The notes below the pieces were generated by a model. It was not told where the DNA came from and made no database searches. It was given only the letters and a program-made list of their open reading frames with translations. DNA of 54,086 nucleotides from Anaerolineae bacterium (GTDB lineage: Bacteria > Chloroflexota > Anaerolineae > JAAYZQ01). The position numbers and the translations under genes are program-made. The stretch is from NCBI GenBank assembly GCA_023544525.1, contig JAMJFU010000003.1, positions 1 through 54,086 of the forward strand, given 5' to 3'. Of this stretch, positions 16,933-26,817 are shown piece after piece (position 1 is the stretch's first letter; every line of letters starts with the position of its first letter).

Positions 16933-19900
16933 ATGGAGTTCCGCGTAGAGGTCTTTTGGTCGACCGATCTGCCCGACGGGCGTGCAACCCATCTGCTCGC
17001 CCGGCTTGAGCGCCTCGACATCCCTCCCGTCCCCCAGGTGCGCATCAGCGATCTCTATTTCCTGCGTGGCAACCTGTCAGTCACCGTTCTTGACCGCCTG
17101 GCGGTCGAGCTGCTGGTGGACCCCATCGTCGAGGGTTACCACCTGCAGCCGATCCACGCGCCGCGGGCCGGAGACGGGGCGCTGGCGGTCGAGGTGGGCT
17201 ACCTCCCTGGCGTGACGGACGCTGTGGCCGACAACCTGCTGCGACGCGCGCGCCTGATGGGCATCGGCGGCTTGGAGGCTGCGGCCACCGGCAAGCGCTA
17301 TGCATTCGGGGATTCGCTGTCGACGGATGACCTGCACACCATCGCCCGTGAACTGCTGTGTAACGACGTCATCCAGTCGTACAGCCTGGCGCCCTTCAGG
17401 CCTGCCTTTGTGCCCCACGCCGAGCCCAGCACCCACGTAGAGACCGTGCCTCTCCAGCCCCTCGGCGACAGTGAGCTGACCCGCCTCAGCTCCGAGCGCG
17501 TCCTTTCGCTGTCTTTGGCAGAGATGCAGACCATCCGGGACGAATTCGCCCGGCTGGGCCGTGAGCCCACCGACGTCGAGCTGGAGACTCTGGCCCAGAC
17601 CTGGTCGGAGCACTGCCAGCACAAGACCTTCAAGGCCGAGATCGACTATTCCTGTCAGGGTGGCCTCTCCCGCGTGTTGCCTGCCGGCTCGCAACCCGAG
17701 CCGCCGTACGATGAGCGGATCCCCGGCCTGCTAGGAAGTTACATCCGCGCCGCTACCGAGACACTGGCCCGTCCGTGGGTGCGCTCTGCTTTCGAAGATA
17801 ATGCCGGCATCATCGACTTTGACGACGACTTTGAGGTCTCGTTCAAGGTCGAGACCCACAACCATCCCTCGGCCCTGGAGCCGTTTGGTGGGTCCAACAC
17901 TGGCGTGGGCGGCGTGATCCGTGATGTGCTGGGGGTATCGCACCGGCCCATCGCCAACACCGATGTGCTCTGCTTTGGTCCCGGTGACCTGTCGCCCGCC
18001 GAGATCCCAGATGGGACCCTGCATCCCCAGCGCATCGCCCAGGGGGTTATCGCTGGCATTGAGGATTACGGCAACAAGATGGGCATTCCCACGGTCTCGG
18101 GCGCGATCCTGTACGACCGCGACTATGCCGCCAATCCCCTGATCTACTGCGGCTGCGTGGGCCTGGCGCCCAAGGGCTCGCACCGGCGCGATCCGCAGCC
18201 GGGCGACCTGTGCGTGGCCCTTGGCGGCCGGACGGGCCGCGACGGATTGCATGGTGCCACCTTTTCCTCGGCCGAGTTGACCCACGAGACCGGCGCCACC
18301 GTCGGCAGTGTGGTCCAGATTGGCGATCCCATCGTCGAAAAGGCCGTGCTGGAAGCGGTGATGATCGCCCGTGACGAGGGCCTTTACACGGCCATCACCG
18401 ACTGTGGGGCTGGGGGCTTTTCCTCGGCGGTTGGTGAAATGGGTAGGCACGTCGGCGCGGACGTAGAGCTACAAGACGTCCGGCTGAAATACCCCGGGCT
18501 GCGCCCCTGGGAGATCTGGCTCTCAGAAGCCCAGGAGCGCATGGTGCTGGCCACGCCCCCCGGCAACCTGCCGCGGCTGCAAGCCATCTGCGATGGTCTG
18601 GACGTGGAGTGGACCGTCATCGGTCGCTTTACCGGCGACAAGCGGCTGCGGGTGCGTTATGATGGGCAACTCGTGGCCGACCTGGACATGGATTTCCTGC
18701 ACGACGGCTGGACCGCCAGCACGATGCGTGCCGTGTGGACGCCGCCCGATTATGCCGAACCCGAATTGGGGTCGCAGCCGGATCTGACGCCGCTTCTGCT
18801 CCAGATGCTTGGCCATCCGGACGTGGCCAGCAAGGAGGCGGTCATCCGCCGCTATGACCACGAGGTGCAGGGGGCGACGGTCGTCAAGCCCATGGTGGGC
18901 GCCGCCAGCGATGGCCCGTCCGACGCTGCCGTGCTCAAGCCCCTGGAGACCGGAGGTTGGCAGGGCGTAGCCCTGGGCTGCGGCATCAACCCCCACTATG
19001 GGCGTGTGGATCCCTACGCCATGGCCTGGGCGGCGATCGATGAAGCCCTGCGCAACATTGTCTGCGTCGGCGCTGACCCTGACCGCGTCGCACTCTTGGA
19101 TAATTTCTGCTGGGGCAATCCGCGCCTGCCCGACCGGCTGGGCAGGCTGGTGCGGGCGGCCCAGGGCTGCCACGACGCAGCGGTTGCATACGGGACACCC
19201 TTTATCTCGGGCAAAGACAGCCTGAACAACGAGTACAAAGATCCTCAGGGTGAAAAGCGGGCCATTCCGCCCACATTGCTCATCTCCTCGCTGGGCATCG
19301 TGCCCGACGTGCGCCAGGCAGTGACGATGGACCTGAAAGCCGTGGGCAGCCTACTCTACGTCCTCGGCGAGACGCGGGCCGAGCTGGGCGGTTCACTCTA
19401 CTACCGTCTGCACGAGTCGCTTGGCTGCAGCGTGCCAGGGCCGCAGCCCGGCGCCGTTGAGACGATGCGTGCCCTGCACCGGGCCATGCGTGCCGGGCTG
19501 GTCCGCGCTTGTCACGATTGCTCCGAGGGCGGCCTGGCGGTCGCCGCCGCCGAGATGGCCCTCGCCGGACGATTGGGACTCGACCTGAGCCTGGCCCATC
19601 TGCCCCGCTCACCCGTCGTGGACCGGGATGACGTGGCCCTCTTTGCCGAGAGCAGCGGGCGCTTCCTGGTCGAGGTGGCGCCGGAGGACGCGGCGGCCTT
19701 TGAGGAGGCGCTAGCCGGACATCGTTTGGCCTGCCTGGGATCCGTCTCAGCCGCGGGCTCCGCGGAGGGGGGAGACCTCTCACCCGGCCCGCTGTCTGCC
19801 CCGGACCCCAACCCTTTGCCCGTGACGAGTTCGCAGCCTTCACCCCGTTTCCAGGTGCGCGGCCTGCACGGTGACACCGTGATCGACTGTGCGCTGGCCG

Positions 19901-19938
19901 ACTTGCTCCGGGCCTGGCAGCCGCCGGAGGAGCTATGA
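16933..19938 (+). CDS. purL: Phosphoribosylformylglycinamidine synthase PurL with N-terminal PurS-like domains
   Basis: QTWSEHCQHK, KVETHNHPS, DCGAGG, SEAQERM, DNFCWGNP, SGKDSL and HDCSEGG motifs. About 190-aa N-terminal extension with two PurS-like repeats (LLVDPIVE, LLCNDVIQ). Start ATG 16933. Confidence 0.95.
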   Translation: MEFRVEVFWSTDLPDGRATHLLARLERLDIPPVPQVRISDLYFLRGNLSVTVLDRLAVELLVDPIVEGYHLQPIHAPRAGDGALAVEVGYLPGVTDAVADNLLRRARLMGIGGLEAAATGKRYAFGDSLSTDDLHTIARELLCNDVIQSYSLAPFRPAFVPHAEPSTHVETVPLQPLGDSELTRLSSERVLSLSLAEMQTIRDEFARLGREPTDVELETLAQTWSEHCQHKTFKAEIDYSCQGGLSRVLPAGSQPEPPYDERIPGLLGSYIRAATETLARPWVRSAFEDNAGIIDFDDDFEVSFKVETHNHPSALEPFGGSNTGVGGVIRDVLGVSHRPIANTDVLCFGPGDLSPAEIPDGTLHPQRIAQGVIAGIEDYGNKMGIPTVSGAILYDRDYAANPLIYCGCVGLAPKGSHRRDPQPGDLCVALGGRTGRDGLHGATFSSAELTHETGATVGSVVQIGDPIVEKAVLEAVMIARDEGLYTAITDCGAGGFSSAVGEMGRHVGADVELQDVRLKYPGLRPWEIWLSEAQERMVLATPPGNLPRLQAICDGLDVEWTVIGRFTGDKRLRVRYDGQLVADLDMDFLHDGWTASTMRAVWTPPDYAEPELGSQPDLTPLLLQMLGHPDVASKEAVIRRYDHEVQGATVVKPMVGAASDGPSDAAVLKPLETGGWQGVALGCGINPHYGRVDPYAMAWAAIDEALRNIVCVGADPDRVALLDNFCWGNPRLPDRLGRLVRAAQGCHDAAVAYGTPFISGKDSLNNEYKDPQGEKRAIPPTLLISSLGIVPDVRQAVTMDLKAVGSLLYVLGETRAELGGSLYYRLHESLGCSVPGPQPGAVETMRALHRAMRAGLVRACHDCSEGGLAVAAAEMALAGRLGLDLSLAHLPRSPVVDRDDVALFAESSGRFLVEVAPEDAAAFEEALAGHRLACLGSVSAAGSAEGGDLSPGPLSAPDPNPLPVTSSQPSPRFQVRGLHGDTVIDCALADLLRAWQPPEEL

Positions 19939-20711
19939 TGAAACCGCACGTGCTCATCCTGCACGCCACCGGCACCAACCGCGACCACGAAGCCGCCTGG
20001 GCAGTCGAAGCGGCCGGTGGCCAGCCCAAGATCGTCCACGTCAACGAGCTGCACGATCGGCGTGCGTACTTGCAGGAGTTCCAGATGCTGATCCTGCCCG
20101 GGGGCTTTTCCTATGGTGACGCCCTGGGCGCCGGCCGGATGTGGGCCACTGACCTCCGCTGGCTCTTTCAGGACGAGCTGGCCCGCTTTATCGAGAGTGG
20201 CAAGCCGGTGCTCGGCATCTGTAACGGCTTCCAGGCCCTGGTTAAGAGCGGCTGGCTGCCCGGGCCACCCGAGCACGGCATCCAGGCCACGCTGACGCGC
20301 AATGCCTCCAATCGCTTCGAGTGCCGCTGGGTGTGGCTGGCAGCCGATCCTGGCAGTCCTTCGGTGTTTACCCGAGGCCTGGCCACGGCCGTATACTGCC
20401 CCGTGGCCCACGGCGAGGGACGCTTCGTGCCCAGGGACAGCGCCACGCTGGAGCGTCTGCGTACCCAGCACCTGATCGCCCTGACCTACACGAGCGCCGG
20501 CGGTGCTCAGGCGGGCTATCCCGAGAACCCCAACGGCTCGGTTGCTGGGATCGCCGGCATCTGCAACGAGCGCGGCAACGTCCTCGGCCTGATGCCCCAT
20601 CCCGAGGATCACATCCTGCCTGTGCAGCATCCACGCTGGATGCGTGGCGAGGGCGGGCACCTGGGGCTGCCGCTATTTGCGCAGGGGGTACGTTATGCAG
20701 CCGGGCACTAG
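19935..20711 (+). CDS. purQ: FGAM synthase glutaminase subunit PurQ
   Basis: GTNRD, PGGFSYGD, GICNGFQ, AHGEG and MPHPE motifs; ATGA overlap with purL. Confidence 0.96.
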   Translation: MMKPHVLILHATGTNRDHEAAWAVEAAGGQPKIVHVNELHDRRAYLQEFQMLILPGGFSYGDALGAGRMWATDLRWLFQDELARFIESGKPVLGICNGFQALVKSGWLPGPPEHGIQATLTRNASNRFECRWVWLAADPGSPSVFTRGLATAVYCPVAHGEGRFVPRDSATLERLRTQHLIALTYTSAGGAQAGYPENPNGSVAGIAGICNERGNVLGLMPHPEDHILPVQHPRWMRGEGGHLGLPLFAQGVRYAAGH

Positions 20712-20749
20712 GCCGCGGAGTTGGCAAGGGCCGGAGGAAGGGATTGCTG

Positions 20750-21715
20750 ATGGATGATGCGACGTTGCGCCGGTTGATCCCCCAGGCTCTACAAGGCATC
20801 GACCTGGCCTGGCCCCATGCTCGGGCCCGCGGCAAGGTGCGGGACCTCTTTTCGCTTCCTGGCGGCCGCTATCTCATTGCCACCACCGATCGCCTGTCGG
20901 CCTTTGATCGAGTACTGACAGCAGTGCCCTTCAAGGGGCAGGTGCTCAACCAGCTCAGCGCTTTCTGGTTCGGACAGACCGTCGATATTGTGCCCAATCA
21001 CCTGCTCGAGGTACCAGATCCCAACGTCAGCCTGGTGCTCGATTGTGAGGCATTGCCGCTGGAGGTCGTCGTGCGAGGCTATATCACCGGCACGACGCAG
21101 ACGGCATTGTGGTACCGTTATGCGCTGGGCGAGCGCCACATCTACGGCTATGATTTTCCCGACGGCATGGTCAAGAACGAGCAGCTGCCGGAGCCGATCA
21201 TCACGCCCACGACCAAGGGGCGGGCTGGCGAACACGACGAGCGCATCACCTGCGATGAGGTGGTCGAGCGCGGGCTGCTGGACGCGGAGGCGTGGAACCA
21301 GGTCCAGGCGGCGGCGCTGGCAGTCTTTGGGCGCGGACAGGAGGTGGCCCGTAAAGACGGCCTCATCCTGGTCGACACCAAATACGAGTTCGGACGCGCA
21401 CCGGACGGCGAGCTGATGCTCATCGACGAGGTGCACACCCCCGACAGCAGCCGCTTCTGGCTGGCCGGTAGCTACGAAGAGAGGGTCAGCCAGGGGCAGG
21501 AGCCGGAGAATTTCGACAAGGAATTTCTGCGCTTGTGGTATGCTGAGCAGGGTTATCGTGGCAGCGGCGAGCCGCCCACAGCGACGGAAGACCTGATCGT
21601 CCAGGTTGCCCGGCGCTACATCTCGCTCTACGAGAAGCTGACCAGCCGGGCCTTTGAGCCGGCCACCGATCCAGCCGGGCCGCGCATCGCGCGTACCCTC
21701 CGGGAATACCTGTAG
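20750..21715 (+). CDS. purC: SAICAR synthetase
   Basis: GKVRD, TDRLSAFD, EVVVRGYITG, LVDTKYEFG and DEVHTPDSSRFW motifs. Confidence 0.96.
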   Translation: MDDATLRRLIPQALQGIDLAWPHARARGKVRDLFSLPGGRYLIATTDRLSAFDRVLTAVPFKGQVLNQLSAFWFGQTVDIVPNHLLEVPDPNVSLVLDCEALPLEVVVRGYITGTTQTALWYRYALGERHIYGYDFPDGMVKNEQLPEPIITPTTKGRAGEHDERITCDEVVERGLLDAEAWNQVQAAALAVFGRGQEVARKDGLILVDTKYEFGRAPDGELMLIDEVHTPDSSRFWLAGSYEERVSQGQEPENFDKEFLRLWYAEQGYRGSGEPPTATEDLIVQVARRYISLYEKLTSRAFEPATDPAGPRIARTLREYL

Positions 21716-21784
21716 GCTCATGCCCGAGATCGAGAAGCCGGGGACACTATCGCATCTATGCCGAGCAGATCGGAGGCAAGGCCA

Positions 21785-22270
21785 ATGTTAGCCATTATCA
21801 TCATGGGCTCGCCGAGCGACGAGCCACTGGGCCGCAAGGTGGCCGGCGCGCTGGAAGATCTTGGCATTCCGTGCGAGTTGCGTGTTGCCTCGGCGCACAA
21901 AGTGCCCGATGCCCTGCTAGAGATGTTGGCCGCATACGAAGCCGACGGGCGCTCGAAGGTCTATATCACCATCGCGGGACGCAGCAATGCCCTCAGTGGC
22001 CTGGTGGACGCCCAGGTAAGCGCCCCGGTCATTGCCTGCCCGCCCTACTCGGACAGGTTTGGCGGGAGCGACCTCTTTTCTTCCCTGCGGGTGCCCTCAG
22101 GGGTCGCGCCAGCCGTGGTCCTGGAGCCAGAGGCAGCAGCCCTGCTAGCGGCCAAGATGCTGGGACTGGCCCATGACGAGCTGCGACAGCGGATCCAGCG
22201 GGTACAGGCAGAGCAGCGCCAGCGCCTCTTGGAGGCTGACGCTTCGCTCCGAAAGTTGGGTGCGAAATGA
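21785..22270 (+). CDS. purE: AIR carboxylase PurE, class II-like
   Basis: MGSPSD, SAHK, AGRSNALSG, PVIACPP and SSLRVPSG motifs; SD GGAGG. Confidence 0.92.
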   Translation: MLAIIIMGSPSDEPLGRKVAGALEDLGIPCELRVASAHKVPDALLEMLAAYEADGRSKVYITIAGRSNALSGLVDAQVSAPVIACPPYSDRFGGSDLFSSLRVPSGVAPAVVLEPEAAALLAAKMLGLAHDELRQRIQRVQAEQRQRLLEADASLRKLGAK

Positions 22271-23682
22271 GAACGCCGTCTGCAGACAAGCCGGCCGAAG
22301 CGTGCGGCGTCTGTGGCATCTATGCGCCGGGCGAACAAGTAGCCCGCCTGGCCTTTTTTGCCCTGTACGCCCTGCAGCACCGGGGGCAGGAGAGTGCTGG
22401 CATCGTCACTTCGGATGGCCGGGTGGCCCACATCCACAAAGGGTTGGGGCTGGTGTCCCAGGTCTTTAACGAGGAGAACGTGCTCTATCTGCAGGGCCAC
22501 CTGGCCATCGGTCACAACCGCTACTCGACGACCGGCGGGTCGCGCCTGCGCAACGCCCAGCCTTACCTGATCGAGACGGCCCTGGGTCCGTTGGGCATTG
22601 CCCACAATGGCAACTTGACTAACGCCCCCGCGTTGCGCCGCGATCTGCTTGACAAGGGCGTGGGGCTGGTCTCGTCGTCGGACAGCGAGGTGATCACCCA
22701 GATGCTTGCCGGATCGCCAGGCGATACCTGGGAGGAGCGCATCGCCGCTCTTATGACGCAGGCACAAGGGGCCTACTCGCTGACGATCCTCACCAGGGAA
22801 GCCGTCTTTGCCGTGCGGGACCCGTTGGGCTTTCGCCCGCTGTGCCTGGGCCACCTGAACGGCAGTGGCTGGGTGGTGGCCTCGGAATCGTGCGCGCTGG
22901 CGACCATCGGCGCGACCTTTGTGCGCGATGTAGAGCCGGGAGAGATCATTCGCCTGGATGAGAACGGCGTGACCACGTGGCGAGGGGCAGAACCGGCCAA
23001 AGAACTGGCCCTGTGCATCTTTGAATACATCTATTTTGCCCGGCCCGACTCGGTACTGGAGGGACATGCCGTCGTTCACCGCGTGCGCCGCCACCTGGGC
23101 GAGCGCCTGGCCGAGGAGCAGCCAGCCGAGGGGGACATGGTCATTGCCGTGCCCGACTCGGCCACGGCCCATGCCATAGGCTACGCCTTCGGCTCGGGCA
23201 TTCCCTTTGGCGAGGGCCTGATCAAGAACCGCTATATCGGCCGCACCTTCATCCAGCCGGACGACCGGTTGCGGCGCCGAGGCGTCGCCCTCAAGTTCAA
23301 CCCTCTGCCTACGACACTTCAGGGCAAGCGCATCGTTCTGGTCGACGATTCTATCGTGCGCGGTAACACCAGCCAGCCGATCGTCGGGCTACTACGGCAG
23401 GCGGGGGCCGCAGAAGTGCACATGCGCATCTGCTCGCCGCCCATCCGCCACCCCTGTTTCATGGGTGTGGATATGGCCACCCGGCAGGAGTTGATCGCCC
23501 ACAACCTGTCCGTGGCGGCGATCGCCCAGCACATCGGCGTGGATAGCCTGGGCTACCTCTCATTGGAAGGTCTGCTGGATGTGGTCGGGCGCGGCGGCAG
23601 CGGGCACTGCCTGGCTTGTTTCTCGGGCAACTATCCCGTGGCAGCCCACTCAGGGACGGGCAAGGCGATGTTCGAGCCGTAG
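22267..23682 (+). CDS. purF: Amidophosphoribosyltransferase
   Basis: Propeptide followed by CGV, then LQHRGQESAG, GHNRYST, VDDSIVRG and Fe-S cysteines (CIFE, PCFMG, CLAC). Confidence 0.97.
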   Translation: MRTPSADKPAEACGVCGIYAPGEQVARLAFFALYALQHRGQESAGIVTSDGRVAHIHKGLGLVSQVFNEENVLYLQGHLAIGHNRYSTTGGSRLRNAQPYLIETALGPLGIAHNGNLTNAPALRRDLLDKGVGLVSSSDSEVITQMLAGSPGDTWEERIAALMTQAQGAYSLTILTREAVFAVRDPLGFRPLCLGHLNGSGWVVASESCALATIGATFVRDVEPGEIIRLDENGVTTWRGAEPAKELALCIFEYIYFARPDSVLEGHAVVHRVRRHLGERLAEEQPAEGDMVIAVPDSATAHAIGYAFGSGIPFGEGLIKNRYIGRTFIQPDDRLRRRGVALKFNPLPTTLQGKRIVLVDDSIVRGNTSQPIVGLLRQAGAAEVHMRICSPPIRHPCFMGVDMATRQELIAHNLSVAAIAQHIGVDSLGYLSLEGLLDVVGRGGSGHCLACFSGNYPVAAHSGTGKAMFEP

Positions 23683-23701
23683 GAAAACAAGGGGGAGATC
23701 G

Positions 23702-26032
23702 ATGCGAGTACTGGTCGTCGGTTCAGGAGGGCGGGAACACGCCCTGGCGTGGAAACTGGCCCGGTCACCCAGGGTGGCCAAGCTGTTCGTTGCGCCGGGG
23801 AACGGTGGCACGGGTACCGTGGCCCAGAACGTGCCGGTCCGCGCCGGCGACGTCCCAGCCCTGCTGGCCTTCGCCCAGCACGAGAGGATCGACCTGACCG
23901 TCGTCGGTCCCGAGGCGCCGCTGGTGGCAGGTTTGGTGGATGCACTTGCCGGAGCCGGTCTGCGCGCCTTTGGCCCTAGCGCTGCTGCAGCCCAGTTGGA
24001 GGGCTCGAAGGCCTTTGCCAAGCGCTTCATAGTCGAGGAGGGCATCCCCACGGGTGTGGGCGCCATCTTCAGTGATTATGGGGCTGCGCTGGCCTACCTG
24101 CGCAGCCAGTTCTCTCGTCCTGGGCACGACGGGGGCATTGTGGTCAAGGCCAGCGGCCTGGCCGCGGGCAAGGGGGTCGCTGTCTGCCCGACCTTGGCCG
24201 AGGCGGAAGAGGCGCTGCAGCGGACGATGGTCGAGCGTGTCTTTGGCCCAGCGGGCGACGAGGTTCTCATCGAGGATTGCCTGGTGGGCGAAGAGGCCTC
24301 GCTACTGGCCTTTAGCGATGGGCGGACGGTGGTGCCCATGCCATCAGCCCGGGACTATAAAAGGGCGGGAGACGGCGATCAGGGGCCCAACACTGGCGGC
24401 ATGGGCTGTTACGCTCCGTCTCCCTATGTGCCTGGGGAGATGGTGCAGGAGGTGGTCGCCCGCGTGCTGCAGCCGGCGGTGGACGGCATGCGCCGGCGGG
24501 GCATGCCCTACACCGGTGTGCTCTATGCCGGGCTCATGCTCACCGCGCACGGCCCACGGGTCCTCGAGTTCAACTGCCGTTTTGGTGACCCCGAGACTCA
24601 AGTGCTACTGCCTCTACTGGACAGCGATCTGGTGGATATCTTCCTGGCTTGCATCGAGGGTCGACTGCACGAGCTTGCAGTACGCTGGCAGACGGCGCAT
24701 ACCGTGACAGTGGTCATGGCCTCAGGGGGCTATCCAGCCGCGTACGAGAAGGGCAAAGAGATCCGCGGTGTGGAAGCGGCGGGCAGCCTGGACAACGTCG
24801 TCGTGTTCCAGGCCGGGACGAGGGTCGATGGAGATCGGCTGCTGACGGATGGCGGGCGCGTGCTGGCAGTGACAGCCACGGCACCAAACGAGGTCCGGGC
24901 TCGAGAACGAGCTTATGCTGCTATCGAGCGCATCCACTTTGAGGGCGCACACTTCCGCCGCGACATTGCGCTCCCTAATCCGGACTTGGCCCCAACTTCA
25001 CCCGCTGGCGAGACAGGCAGTGCCTACGCTGACGCGGGGGTGGACATCGAGGCTGGCAACCGTGCTGTAACGCTGATGCGCGAGGCCGTGCGCAGCACCC
25101 ACAGCCCAGCCGTCCTGACCGATATCGGCCTTTTTGGGGGGCTGTTCGCCCTCAGAGAGGCCATACAGGGCCGTGACCCGGTACTCGTGGCCTCTACCGA
25201 CGGTGTTGGCACCAAGACGATGGTTGCGACGGCCATAGGCCGCTACGATACTATAGGACAGGACCTGGTCAACCACTGCACCAACGACATCCTGGTACAG
25301 GGTGCACGGCCACTGTTTTTCCTGGACTATTTCGCATCCAGCGTGCTGGACCCGGAGCAGGTCGCAGCCGTGGTGGCTGGTTGCGCCCAGGCCTGCAAGG
25401 CCATGGGCTGCGCCCTCATCGGCGGAGAAACAGCCGAGATGCCCGGCGTCTATCAGGCCGGCGAGTTTGACTTAGCCGGGACCATGGTCGGCTGGGTAGA
25501 GCGCGAGGAGATCATTGATGGGCGCCATGTCCGCCCAGGCGACGTCTGCCTGGGGCTGCCCTCGTCGGGCCTACACACGAACGGCTTTAGCCTGGCCCGG
25601 CGCGTCCTTTCTGGAGTAGGCTGGCAGACGCGGCTGCCTGAGCTGGATCTGCCTCTGGGCGAGGTCCTGTTGGTGCCACATAGGTCTTACTTGCGAGAAG
25701 TCGAGGCGCTGTGGGCCAAGGGCCTGAGTGTCAGGGCCATGGCCCACATCACCGGTGGGGGTTTTGTGGACAACATCCCCCGCGTGTTGCCCGATGGCGT
25801 GGCGGTCCAGATCGACCGGGCAGCGTGGGAGGTGCCTGCCATCTTTCGCCTGATCCAGGCTCGGGGCGCGATCGCCGAGGTCGAGATGTACCGCGTGTTC
25901 AACATGGGCATCGGCCTGGTGCTGATCCTCGCGCCTGAGGAGACAGAGCCAGCCCTGTCCCTGTTGCCTGAGGCGCTTGTCATTGGCCATACCACGGCCT
26001 GGGATGGCCGAGAGCCCCGAGTTCAGCTCTAG
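23702..26032 (+). CDS. purD: Fused GAR synthetase / AIR synthetase (PurD-PurM)
   Basis: GSGGREHAL...EFNCRFGDPE...HFRRDIA, a short linker, then AYADAGVDI...TDGVGTK...GGETAEMP...HITGGG...FNMGIG in one uninterrupted frame. Confidence 0.95.
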   Translation: MRVLVVGSGGREHALAWKLARSPRVAKLFVAPGNGGTGTVAQNVPVRAGDVPALLAFAQHERIDLTVVGPEAPLVAGLVDALAGAGLRAFGPSAAAAQLEGSKAFAKRFIVEEGIPTGVGAIFSDYGAALAYLRSQFSRPGHDGGIVVKASGLAAGKGVAVCPTLAEAEEALQRTMVERVFGPAGDEVLIEDCLVGEEASLLAFSDGRTVVPMPSARDYKRAGDGDQGPNTGGMGCYAPSPYVPGEMVQEVVARVLQPAVDGMRRRGMPYTGVLYAGLMLTAHGPRVLEFNCRFGDPETQVLLPLLDSDLVDIFLACIEGRLHELAVRWQTAHTVTVVMASGGYPAAYEKGKEIRGVEAAGSLDNVVVFQAGTRVDGDRLLTDGGRVLAVTATAPNEVRARERAYAAIERIHFEGAHFRRDIALPNPDLAPTSPAGETGSAYADAGVDIEAGNRAVTLMREAVRSTHSPAVLTDIGLFGGLFALREAIQGRDPVLVASTDGVGTKTMVATAIGRYDTIGQDLVNHCTNDILVQGARPLFFLDYFASSVLDPEQVAAVVAGCAQACKAMGCALIGGETAEMPGVYQAGEFDLAGTMVGWVEREEIIDGRHVRPGDVCLGLPSSGLHTNGFSLARRVLSGVGWQTRLPELDLPLGEVLLVPHRSYLREVEALWAKGLSVRAMAHITGGGFVDNIPRVLPDGVAVQIDRAAWEVPAIFRLIQARGAIAEVEMYRVFNMGIGLVLILAPEETEPALSLLPEALVIGHTTAWDGREPRVQL

Positions 26033-26111
26033 CCCGTCCTGGGTCCCTTGGGCTTGCGGCTGAGCCGGCTGGCAACGGGGACGTCACAGCCGTGGTCGAT
26101 GGGGGGACAGT

Positions 26112-26717
26112 ATGCCACGTATCGCGATTCTGATCTCAGGTTTTGGCTCTAACCAGCAAGCGATCATGGACGCGGCTCAGGAAGGCCGGCTGCCTGGCGT
26201 CGAGGTCGCATTGGTCGTCTCAAACCGGCGGGAGGCATTTGGCATCAAGCGGGCTGTCAAGCACGGCGTGCCTGTCATCTACTTTCCGCTGGCACCATAC
26301 ACCAGGGCCGGGCGAGCCCGTGAGGAGTACGATGCCGACCTGGCCCGCATCATCAGGGCCTTTGACGTCGAGTGGGTGGTCATGGCGGGCTGGATGCACG
26401 TCTGGACTGCGGCCTTCCTGCAGCATTTCCCCTCCAGGGTGGTGAACCTGCATCCGGCCCTGCCGGGCACCTTTCCCGGGATGCACGGCATCGAAGCGGC
26501 ATATGAGGCCTACCAGCGCGGAGAGATCGAGCACACGGGCGTCATGGTCCACCTCGTACCCGACCCAGGGGTCGACGCTGGTCCTGTGGTGGCCCAAGAG
26601 GTGGTGCCCATCCACCCTGACGACAGCCTGGATGAACTGGAAACGCGGATCCACGCTGTGGAGCACCGCTTGCTGGTGGAGGCACTGCGCAGCCTGCTGG
26701 CGAGCGACCCGGGCTAG
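26112..26717 (+). CDS. purN: Phosphoribosylglycinamide formyltransferase
   Basis: ISGFGSN, AGWM, NLHPALP, GVMVH and DAGPVV motifs. Confidence 0.95.
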   Translation: MPRIAILISGFGSNQQAIMDAAQEGRLPGVEVALVVSNRREAFGIKRAVKHGVPVIYFPLAPYTRAGRAREEYDADLARIIRAFDVEWVVMAGWMHVWTAAFLQHFPSRVVNLHPALPGTFPGMHGIEAAYEAYQRGEIEHTGVMVHLVPDPGVDAGPVVAQEVVPIHPDDSLDELETRIHAVEHRLLVEALRSLLASDPG

Positions 26718-26817
26718 AGCCTGGTGCTGGACGCCGGCCAAGTCAGCGTTTCGCAGGCTGCGCCGCATTCGGCTGCTAGCCAACGGACCAACGGCCCACC
26801 CCTCCAGTTTCTCGGTC

